Source: Chloroflexota bacterium (GTDB taxonomy: Bacteria; Bacteroidota; Ignavibacteria; Kapaibacteriales; UBA2268). Taken from it: a DNA stretch of 64,000 nucleotides. Positions 7,175 through 14,618 of the stretch are shown here, piece by piece. Within the stretch, counting starts at the first letter, position 1, and the number at the start of each line of letters is the position of its first letter. A program made the position numbers and the translations under genes. The notes under the pieces were generated by a model. That model did not search any database. It worked only from the letters and a program-made list of their open reading frames with translations, and was not told the DNA's origin. The stretch is taken from the NCBI GenBank assembly GCA_050260015.1, contig JBLNBN010000022.1, forward strand, positions 23,290 through 87,289, given 5' to 3'.

Positions 7175-9421
7175 TTACTGAATTATAATAAATTTCTCGA
7201 TGTACCTCTCGCCGCCGGATTCCATTACAAGCCAATACGCTCCCGAAGCGAGCGCGGAAATATCCCGCCGGACGCGCCCTTCGCACGCTTCGGCGGTAAA
7301 GCTCATCACCTCGCGGCCGCTCGCTTCGAGTATTTTAAACGTCGACTCGCGCTCCGGCGAATTAAACTTGATATCTAAGTATTCCGAAGCGGGATTTGGG
7401 CTTGCAGATAGTATCCCGTACGACTGCGAAATGTCGCGCGTTCCGGCTTTACCCTTCGGTTTAATCGTGATTATCGACGTGTCCGGGCGAACTGTATCGC
7501 ACGGAGAGACATGGATAAGATCGGAATATCTTTTCCCGCATTCGTCTTGAATTTCAAGATAATAACCGTCGCCGTCGACTAAATACTCGTTTGAATCGAC
7601 AGTTTTAATAGTCAGTTTCGTAGTATTTGTCCCGCTGTAACGCTCTCCGTCAATAACCTTTATGTCTTCATAACCGGTCTGTTTCCTGAACCATTGGTAT
7701 TCAACCTGATAAGTTGAATCCGTCGGACCTGTTAATTGTGTTTCGACGCTAAGCGTTCCGCTCCCGCCATATTTAAAGATCATCATCGAATCCTGCCTGG
7801 TAATTTCCATCTTGGGATACATCGCGACTTCCACCTCTTCCGAGTATACGCCTTCAAGAAAGGTATATGGGTCCCAGACGTGGCATTTATATTTTCCCAA
7901 CACATCCGGCGTCAAAACCGGTATCTTCAATATTGAATTCTCCTCTCCTATGAGCCTCGTGCCGTCCTTATACCACAGGTAACGAACTATGTCGCTCATC
8001 TCGTTTTCGGCGGATACCGAAAGCGTCAGATCGGCAGCTCCCTCGCATGCTTTAATACTCTTGGGCTGCTTCGTAATTTTAATGGTCGGCCAGGGCTTAA
8101 TCCGGATTATAGCCGTATCCGAGCGCATGGTGTCGCATACATGGCCAATTTCGACCCAATAAGCCCCTTCGTCTATGTAGCACCCCTTCTTAATAGTTAG
8201 CTTATTCTTCTTTTCCCTGTACAAAGTATCGCCGTTGTGAAACCACTGGTAAGTAAGACGATATATACTTTTCGCCTCGACCGATAAAGTGAAATTTTCA
8301 AGTTCGTAAACCGTTTGGCTCTTAGGCTGCTTCGTAATTACCGGTCCGTCGTAGAATATCCAGGTATACCCCTCGCTTTCCTGAACTTCGCCCCCCGGGA
8401 AAAAAGTAACCCGGGTATAATTTCTTTGGCTATGTTTACTTGTAGGTCTATTGGAAAATACAAGCGAACTGTCATAATACGAAATTGTATCATTCCGTTT
8501 TTTAAGAAAGGCTTTGCTAAAAACGCGTTTATAAGGCGTCCAGTAATCCGTCGCCCCTTCCGAGACGCAAACGTGCTCAATTTGCACGGAATCATAATCG
8601 CCCATTATTTTGCAGGTAATTTGATAATTCCAGTACTTCCCTTTCCTTTTTTTATCGTAAAGATATTTTGGGCAACCCTCGTATACAAACGGATAGATAA
8701 ACCCGGTAGAGAATTCGTCGGTAAACTTAACGCCTAAGTTCGGCATTACGCGAATTAACTTCGAATAGACCTTTCCGCATTGCCCGCGAACTTCGAGATA
8801 ATAACCTTCAAAGTTGGAGCAACACAAGTCGCCTTCCACGCGGCTAATATGTAATTGGGGAGATTTCGTACCGGAGTACCGTTCGCCGTCCTCCAACTTT
8901 ACGTCGCGGCGGCCCTCGACGCGCCGCCACCACTGGTAGCCCTGCTGGAAGAACGGCGCCGAATAGCCCTTGGTATGCGTTTCAACTTTCAGAACCGCGG
9001 TTTTACCGAATGGAACTTTAACGAGAGTGTCCTGGCTTAAGATTGCAGTTTTCGCGAGCGTATAGACGGCGACTTCCCGCGAATAGAGATTTTCCGAAGA
9101 CGTCCAAATACGGCAGCGGTATATGCCGTTGTAATTCGAATTCATCTTGGGTATTTTGTAGTAAGATTTCGTGGCGCCGGGAATGGGATTTCCGTCCCTG
9201 TACCACTGGTATTGAACCGCAGTCCCCTCGGGAACTTTAACAAGGACGCGCAGCTTTAGGTTCTTCGCGCCCTCGCATTCGAGGAGCTCCTTGGGCTGCT
9301 CGATTATTTCAATTGCGGCGGAATAGGCATTCGCGCCGGCGGATAAAAATAGAAGTGTAAATAGAAACAAAACCGGCGCGCGGAAAATAACGCGCGCGCA
9401 ATACGTGTCGCAAGTAATCAT
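7175..9421 (-). CDS. Paralogous secreted Ig-superfamily repeat protein with a T9SS C-terminal sorting domain. Its second supermodule lacks the insert and most of Ig3
   Basis: 748-aa ORF. The first ~60 residues after the signal peptide are near-identical to the 4247-7138 product (IEIIEQPKELLECEGAKNLKLRVL). The C-terminus is ILSASPNPASEYLDIKF...YWLVMESGGERYIEKFIIIQ. The gap to the next gene is only 36 nt. Confidence 0.9.
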   Translation of the reverse strand: MITCDTYCARVIFRAPVLFLFTLLFLSAGANAYSAAIEIIEQPKELLECEGAKNLKLRVLVKVPEGTAVQYQWYRDGNPIPGATKSYYKIPKMNSNYNGIYRCRIWTSSENLYSREVAVYTLAKTAILSQDTLVKVPFGKTAVLKVETHTKGYSAPFFQQGYQWWRRVEGRRDVKLEDGERYSGTKSPQLHISRVEGDLCCSNFEGYYLEVRGQCGKVYSKLIRVMPNLGVKFTDEFSTGFIYPFVYEGCPKYLYDKKRKGKYWNYQITCKIMGDYDSVQIEHVCVSEGATDYWTPYKRVFSKAFLKKRNDTISYYDSSLVFSNRPTSKHSQRNYTRVTFFPGGEVQESEGYTWIFYDGPVITKQPKSQTVYELENFTLSVEAKSIYRLTYQWFHNGDTLYREKKNKLTIKKGCYIDEGAYWVEIGHVCDTMRSDTAIIRIKPWPTIKITKQPKSIKACEGAADLTLSVSAENEMSDIVRYLWYKDGTRLIGEENSILKIPVLTPDVLGKYKCHVWDPYTFLEGVYSEEVEVAMYPKMEITRQDSMMIFKYGGSGTLSVETQLTGPTDSTYQVEYQWFRKQTGYEDIKVIDGERYSGTNTTKLTIKTVDSNEYLVDGDGYYLEIQDECGKRYSDLIHVSPCDTVRPDTSIITIKPKGKAGTRDISQSYGILSASPNPASEYLDIKFNSPERESTFKILEASGREVMSFTAEACEGRVRRDISALASGAYWLVMESGGERYIEKFIIIQ

Positions 9422-9783
9422 AACGCCCCTCGATAAAACGCATAAAATTTATATATAAGACAATAGCTTTCAATTTTCCGGGGTCTATAGGGCTAAGCCG
9501 CTCCGTAAGCCGATTCTGCAATTCAATAAAATTTTTGGAAGCCTAACTAATTTTAATCCTGAAATATAGTAAGCTTACTATAAAAATAAATTAAATGAAA
9601 TTATTAATATATCCAAATATTTTTTTGCATTAACCGTAAACTACTCCGCAATTATTAACGTTTTCTTAGTTTCTTTCCCCATAGTTTTTTTATTGCGGCA
9701 AAGGCGCTTAGTTTTGTAGTTTAAAAATAAACGCTTTAATCAATCCAGATATTAATTCATACAGATAACAGGCGGAAAAAGCA

Positions 9784-10995
9784 ATGTCTCAACCGAAGAA
9801 AATCGGAGTAATCACGAGCGGCGGCGATTGCGGCGGTCTAAACGCGGTAATCATCGGCGCGGCTCGAATGGGTTACAATTTAGGTATCGAAGTGTGCCTT
9901 ATACCGAACGGGTACGCAGGCCTTTATAATTTAATAAATCTCGAGCCGGTAATTATCGACATAGTGCGCGCCGATAAGATCCATTCCGGCGTAGCGGGCT
10001 CGGAGGCCGGGCACTCCCGCGTTAAGATCAGCAAAATCCAGGATCCTGACAAGTACACCCGCATCAAGGCCGGTCTCGCCAAGCACAACATCGACGGCCT
10101 CATCATCGCCGGCGGCGACGACACCGGCTCGGTCGTGGTGGACCTCGTCAGCAACGGCATCCGCTGCGTGCACGTCCCGAAGACGATGGACCTCGACCTG
10201 CAGACCTACTCCGTCGGCGGCGACTCGACAATCAACCGCATTGCGAAGTTCACCGACGAGCTCCGCACGACGGGCCTAACGCACAACCGCGCGCTTATAA
10301 TCGAAGTCTTCGGACGCTACGCCGGCCATACCGCCTTCCGCGGCGGCATCGGCGCGGACGCGGACGCGATACTTATCCCGGAAGTAAACGCCGACTATGA
10401 AATCCTCTACAATCACTTTAAGAAAGTTTACATCCAACGCCTGCTCTCGAGCGATATTAAGGGCACGACCTACATAATCGTAGCCGCCGAAGGCGTTAAG
10501 AACAAGGAAGGCAAGCACTTCTCCGACGACATGAGCGGGCAGGACTCCTTCGGGCACGTGCGCCTCTCCGGCGTCGGGCAATATATACGCCAGCAGCTCG
10601 AATTCTACATGAAGCAGGACCGCGATTGGGAATTTATACTGAAGCGCGAGGGCATTTACGTGGACGGCATCTACCAGTTCCCGGAGATCAGGGAAGTACA
10701 GCTCGGGCACCTCGTTCGCGCGGGCGGCACGAGCGCCTACGACGTTACGTTCGGCAAGCAGGCGGGCGGGGCGGCGGTTATGCTGCTGAAGAACGAGGTC
10801 TTCGGCGTGACCGTAGTGGGCGTCGAAGCCGACGAAATTTCCTATATCCCGACGAAGGAAGCCATAAAGCAACGCTACGTCGACGTCGACGAGATCGCAT
10901 TTTACGAGAACATGGGCGTTTGCTTCGGCAGAACTCCTACGCCGTACAACGCTAAATTTAAAGAGCATGAAGGAAAGATCCACAGATACATGTAA
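9784..10995 (+). CDS. pfp: Phosphofructokinase, predicted pyrophosphate-dependent (PFK family)
   Basis: Motifs KKIGVITSGGDCGGLNAVI, GGDDTG and VPKTMDLDL. The Asp in GGDD and the Lys in PKT are the residues associated with PPi rather than ATP use. Confidence 0.85.
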   Translation: MSQPKKIGVITSGGDCGGLNAVIIGAARMGYNLGIEVCLIPNGYAGLYNLINLEPVIIDIVRADKIHSGVAGSEAGHSRVKISKIQDPDKYTRIKAGLAKHNIDGLIIAGGDDTGSVVVDLVSNGIRCVHVPKTMDLDLQTYSVGGDSTINRIAKFTDELRTTGLTHNRALIIEVFGRYAGHTAFRGGIGADADAILIPEVNADYEILYNHFKKVYIQRLLSSDIKGTTYIIVAAEGVKNKEGKHFSDDMSGQDSFGHVRLSGVGQYIRQQLEFYMKQDRDWEFILKREGIYVDGIYQFPEIREVQLGHLVRAGGTSAYDVTFGKQAGGAAVMLLKNEVFGVTVVGVEADEISYIPTKEAIKQRYVDVDEIAFYENMGVCFGRTPTPYNAKFKEHEGKIHRYM

Positions 10996-12217
10996 CCTCG
11001 AAGCGGGGCCGGCGGCGGCGGTCGCCGGTCTCTCGCTCGAGAGCTTCGACTACGACCTGCCTGAAGACCTTATCGCAAAGTATCCGCTCGAGCGGCGCGA
11101 CGAAAGCCGCTTGCTCGTCGCCCGGCGCAGTGGCGGGGAAATAATTGATTCGGTATTTAATCGTATCGGGGAGAGCCTTCCCGCGGACGCCTTTATTGTC
11201 TTGAACTCCACAAAGGTTATCGCGGCGCGCATACCCGCGCTAAAGCCCACGGGCGGGCGGGCGGAAATACTCTGCGTGGCGCCGGTCGAACCCTCCCGCG
11301 ATCCGCAAGTCGCCATGAAGGCGCGCGTCGCGGCGCGCTGGGAGTGCATCCTCGGGGGACGCGCCATTCGCGAAGGCATGACTCTAATTGCGGAAGCGAA
11401 CGCCGATTTTAAGGCTACGGTTATTATAAAGCGCGACGCGGAGTCCGTGATAGAATTCCATTGGGACGAGGGCCGGACGTTCGCCGAAGAGCTTGAAAGC
11501 TTGGGCAAGATACCGCTCCCGCCCTACATTAAGCGCGAGGTCGAGGAGAGCGACAAGGAACGCTACCAAACCGTCTACGCGCGGCTCGAGGGCTCGGTGG
11601 CGGCGCCGACGGCCGGATTGCATTTTACCAAGGAATTAATTGAAAAGCTGGAACGGGAGGGACATTCCTTCGGCGAGGTCGCGCTTCACGTCGGCCCGGG
11701 CACGTTCCAACCGGTCGGCGAGGGCGGCATAGCCAAGCACGCCATGCACTGCGAGCAGTTCTTCGTTAGGCTGGATTTCCTGAAGGAACTGCGGGATAGC
11801 ATATCGCAGGGCAAGCCCGTTATAGCGGCAGGCACTACGAGCGTTCGCACGCTGGAGTCTCTTCCTCTGCTCGCGGAAAATATACTCTCGTTCGGCGAAG
11901 CGAAGCCCGTCGAACAGTGGCAGGCGTACGCGGAGGGCGAAAGGCTCGGCGCGGTGAGCGCGCTTGGAATTTTAATAGATTATTGCGAACGGAATTCAAT
12001 CGATTCGCTCGAGGCGGAAACTTCGTTGCTTATCCTTCCCGGGTTTAAGTTTAAGATGATTAGCGGCATGATAACGAACTTCCACCTGCCGAAGAGCACT
12101 TTATTGCTGCTCGTCTCGGCGTTTCTCGGCGGCGAGCGCTGGCGCGAACTCTACGCTCACGCTATCGAAGCGCGCTACCGGTTCCTGAGCTTCGGCGACG
12201 CCTCGGCGCTTTTATAA
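10967..12217 (+). CDS. queA: S-adenosylmethionine:tRNA ribosyltransferase-isomerase
   Basis: Motifs FDYDLPEDLIAKYPLERRDESRLLV, IPLPPYIKR and RYQTVYA..GSVAAPTAGLHFT. The start is uncertain: the annotated ATG overlaps the pfp end by 29 nt and adds ~20 aa before the conserved N-terminus. Confidence 0.9.
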   Translation: MKERSTDTCNLEAGPAAAVAGLSLESFDYDLPEDLIAKYPLERRDESRLLVARRSGGEIIDSVFNRIGESLPADAFIVLNSTKVIAARIPALKPTGGRAEILCVAPVEPSRDPQVAMKARVAARWECILGGRAIREGMTLIAEANADFKATVIIKRDAESVIEFHWDEGRTFAEELESLGKIPLPPYIKREVEESDKERYQTVYARLEGSVAAPTAGLHFTKELIEKLEREGHSFGEVALHVGPGTFQPVGEGGIAKHAMHCEQFFVRLDFLKELRDSISQGKPVIAAGTTSVRTLESLPLLAENILSFGEAKPVEQWQAYAEGERLGAVSALGILIDYCERNSIDSLEAETSLLILPGFKFKMISGMITNFHLPKSTLLLLVSAFLGGERWRELYAHAIEARYRFLSFGDASALL

Positions 12218-12245
12218 GTTTACAATTACGACGCTTCAAAAAGAA

Positions 12246-12280
12246 AACGCCTTCGCCCGATAAGAGCGAAGGCGTTTATA
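12246..12280. terminator. Bidirectional rho-independent terminator between convergent genes
   Basis: Perfect 11-bp stem aacgccttcgc / gcgaaggcgtt with a 9-nt loop, an A-run before and T-rich sequence after. Confidence 0.7.
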
Positions 12281-12296
12281 ATTTAATCAACAAAGA

Positions 12297-13307
12297 TTAG
12301 TTGAATTTGATAGAGCGAACGGCTTTCTCGAATACGGGAAGGTAATCGGATTCTTCGCCGGTAAACCAGTGCATGGTAATTCTATATATCTTGTCGCCCT
12401 TCTTTGCGAAGTACATACGTCCGCGGACCGTGCCGGTCGGCTGGTAGCTGAACATGTATGCGTCCACCCCGCCGAGCTTGGTCGAGGAAACGGCTTTGCC
12501 GGCCGCGTTTTGGTCGGCGACTTTCTTAACGTCGGCTGTCTTGGAGCCGTCGAGCACGTCGACGATAATGCTGCAGTCCGCGCGGCGTTCGCCGATAAAT
12601 TGCTTGGATTCGATAACACCCTTCGTCGGGCCGCGCTGAGCGGAGAAGTTCTCGGGGATGGAGATCGAGTAGCCGGAGCCGGATTTAGCGACGAGAGTCG
12701 AGGACGGAGGCTCGGCCGCTACCGCGGTGTCCTTCGGGGCGCCGCCTGCGGGAGTCGTGGCAAGCTTGAATGATTTTGCTATTTCCGCGAAGCTGTCGGA
12801 GTATTTATCCCAAAGATTGTCGAAAGCTTCCATTACTAAAACGGTCGCGGTTTTGTTGTCTTTGGTAGCCATAAAGAGTTCGCCCTTAAATTGGCCGCCT
12901 TCGAGGTCGAAAGCGTAGGAAAGCTTCTTGCCCTGGACGCCGTCTATCGTCACGTTGGAGGTCGAGTAGAGATCCTCGCTGAATACTTTGGCTTCCTTCA
13001 GCATAGCGTCTATCGTCGCGCCGGAATCCATCGGGAGTACGTAAACGTCGATTTTCGCGCCGGGAAATCCTTCCGTGTCGTATCTATTGAAACGAGTGCG
13101 AGCCTGCGCGGAGTTAAACACCGAGAGGCGTTCCCCGGTCTTTTTCGTTACGGACCAGTTTTCCGGATATTTAATTGAAAACTTGTAGACCTGGTCCTCG
13201 TAGGATACGAGGTTCTTAATCTCGACGGCTTCCCCGCTCTTTTTGCCGCAGCCAAAAACGAGCGCGACCAATAAAAGCGGTAAGAGCGGCAAGTAATTTT
13301 TCTTCAT
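12297..13307 (-). CDS. Lipoprotein of unknown function, with two internally similar halves (possibly PsbP/DcrB-like folds)
   Basis: The internal ATG at 13305-13307 gives MKKNYLPLLPLLLVALVFGCGKK (lipobox). The two halves start YKFSIKYPENWSV and YSISIPENFSA. The longer ORF-track start (13406) adds a non-signal extension. Confidence 0.7.
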   Translation of the reverse strand: MKKNYLPLLPLLLVALVFGCGKKSGEAVEIKNLVSYEDQVYKFSIKYPENWSVTKKTGERLSVFNSAQARTRFNRYDTEGFPGAKIDVYVLPMDSGATIDAMLKEAKVFSEDLYSTSNVTIDGVQGKKLSYAFDLEGGQFKGELFMATKDNKTATVLVMEAFDNLWDKYSDSFAEIAKSFKLATTPAGGAPKDTAVAAEPPSSTLVAKSGSGYSISIPENFSAQRGPTKGVIESKQFIGERRADCSIIVDVLDGSKTADVKKVADQNAAGKAVSSTKLGGVDAYMFSYQPTGTVRGRMYFAKKGDKIYRITMHWFTGEESDYLPVFEKAVRSIKFN

Positions 13308-13452
13308 GCTTGTCCCCTGTGCAATTTTAATTAGATTATAAAAAGTATTAAAATTCTGAAGGTAAAAATACAAAAAAGCTTGCTTACGGCAAGCGGAATT
13401 TTGCAACCGTGCGGATTAAGATTATTTCACAAGCGCTCGCGGGGCTGGTCGA

Positions 13453-13851
13453 TTACGGTTTAATGAATAAAGCCCCCTCCAACACCCAAACGCGCATACC
13501 GCGGATCTGGTTGTCCGTGCCGCGATAGAGATTCGGCAGTTGCGGATGCGGTAGCCTGGCTTCAATTATCTGGTTCAGCAGGCTGCCGTCGGCATTCCCC
13601 GGGATAACGAGTCCGGGCGTCATGAATATCGCATTGTAAGTCGAGAGATCTATCCCTCCCTGCTTGCTGATTTGATCGTGGCAACCGCCCCAGGCGCACG
13701 TCTGGTTCAAATACCTTTCCACGAGGAGCGAATAGTATACGCCGGTCTCGGGAAAGACCAGGTCGTCGGTGTTCGGCCGGGTCGAGCTGCTGCAGGAAAG
13801 GCCGAAAATAATTACAAATAAAGCAGGCAAAAATTTAAGCGCTTTTCTCAT
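13453..13851 (-). CDS. Small exported lipoprotein with a cytochrome-c-like (PSCyt1-like) segment carrying a CX4CH motif
   Basis: MRKALKFLPALFVIIFGLSCSSS signal/lipobox, then NQTCAWGGCHDQISKQGGIDLSTYNAI..VIPGNADGSLLNQII. An alternative GTG start lies at 13872. Confidence 0.6.
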   Translation of the reverse strand: MRKALKFLPALFVIIFGLSCSSSTRPNTDDLVFPETGVYYSLLVERYLNQTCAWGGCHDQISKQGGIDLSTYNAIFMTPGLVIPGNADGSLLNQIIEARLPHPQLPNLYRGTDNQIRGMRVWVLEGALFIKP

Positions 13852-13868
13852 TTCTGGTCCCAAATATT

Positions 13869-14117
13869 TCACAAAACTCCTCCCCCGATCATAAGCCGGA
13901 TAACGCCAACGACCGCGGCCAGCCCATTCATCCCGAGAGCGGCGGCGATTAAACCGCGGGGCTGGTCCTTACGGCTAACGTAAAGATACAAAGAAAGTAT
14001 TAATCCTATGAACGCCAGCGGAAGATTAAGCCAATTAAACCAACCAAAGCAGGGAATTATCCCGACGAACATTCCCAGGAGCGAGATCACTCCCAAGAGC
14101 AATGCAGTGAAAACCAT
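13869..14117 (-). CDS. Small integral membrane protein (2-3 TM helices), unknown function
   Basis: 82 aa, hydrophobic throughout. A strong AAGGAG sits 6-7 nt upstream of the ATG, inside the end of the preceding gene. Confidence 0.65.
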   Translation of the reverse strand: MVFTALLLGVISLLGMFVGIIPCFGWFNWLNLPLAFIGLILSLYLYVSRKDQPRGLIAAALGMNGLAAVVGVIRLMIGGGVL

Positions 14118-14119
14118 GG

Positions 14120-14458
14120 TTATTCTCCTTTATTTTTTGATCGATAATCATTATATTTCATCTTCGTTTTTCTAACGGCATAGATCCCGGAAGCGATTGT
14201 ATTGATCGAAAAGGCGATCAATACGTATGGGCTTGCGGCGTTCTCGCGCTTGGCGCCGGCAATGTCCCCCGCGGCCGCTTTGTAGAAAGCCGTAGTCATG
14301 CCGCAAGCGGGGCAGGTTTCGCCTCGAAGCTTCGCCTCGCAGCGCGGCAGCGCTTTCCACGTTTCGGCCGGAGCCGCGAAGGCAGCCGCAAGCGCCGCGA
14401 ATATAGCGATCGAGAACAGCGCCCAACCGGTTACGAGAGCTCTTTTAAATTCTTCCAT
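14120..14458 (-). CDS. DUF2752-like membrane protein
   Basis: N-terminal TM helix followed by CEAKLRGETCPACGMTTAF, resembling the CP.CG.TR signature of DUF2752, then a second TM helix. Confidence 0.55.
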   Translation of the reverse strand: MEEFKRALVTGWALFSIAIFAALAAAFAAPAETWKALPRCEAKLRGETCPACGMTTAFYKAAAGDIAGAKRENAASPYVLIAFSINTIASGIYAVRKTKMKYNDYRSKNKGE

Positions 14459-14544
14459 CCGCCAAGGCCCCGCTAACGTAATTAAAAATTAACCTACTAC
14501 CCGGCGCGCCCAGCCTGCGCGCATTACTCTCCGCTCTCTCTTCA

Positions 14545-14573
14545 CAATAAAAGAATTAGCTTTAATTCTATTG
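14545..14573. promoter_or_regulatory. Imperfect palindrome in the divergent promoter region upstream of czcD (candidate operator)
   Basis: caataaaAGAATTAgcttTAATTCTattg. The core 7-bp arms at 14552-14558 and 14563-14569 are perfectly complementary. Confidence 0.25.
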
Positions 14574-14618
14574 TATTTATTTATGCTAAGTATTTTTACT
14601 TAAACCGGAGCAAATTAA

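Noticed and set aside
6429-7286. Two Arg-rich 131- and 133-aa minus-strand ORFs
   Set aside because: They are out-of-frame overlaps of the Ig-repeat genes and the short spacer. Their composition (poly-Arg/Gly) is typical of off-frame reading of GC-rich coding DNA.
1-9421. A diversity-generating retroelement or invertible-promoter mechanism behind the variable Ig-family inserts
   Set aside because: No reverse transcriptase, template repeat, site-specific recombinase or long inverted repeats flank the intergenic regions (4023-4246, 9422-9783). Only short AT-rich palindromes are present (for example tgcatat/atatgca at 4141-4177), as expected by chance.
9422-9783. Small ORFs or an RNA gene in the 362-nt AT-rich spacer upstream of pfp
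   Set aside because: Only very short (about 12-codon) ORFs are present and no convincing stem-loop architecture was seen. It is most simply a divergent promoter region.
10276-10983. 235-aa minus-strand ORF
   Set aside because: It is entirely antisense to the well-supported pfp gene, has Arg/Ala/Val-rich low-information sequence, and has no independent signals.
13308-13406. A longer start for the lipoprotein gene (ORF-track start 13406)
   Set aside because: The extension precedes a canonical signal peptide and lipobox that begins at the ATG at 13307, and it runs into the promoter-like AT-rich spacer.
14459-14618. A NiCo (czcD-motif) riboswitch upstream of czcD
   Set aside because: The leader shows only one short GC hairpin (ggcgcgc..gcgcgc). 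I could not find a four-way-junction-like set of pairings, so the call is not supportable by eye.
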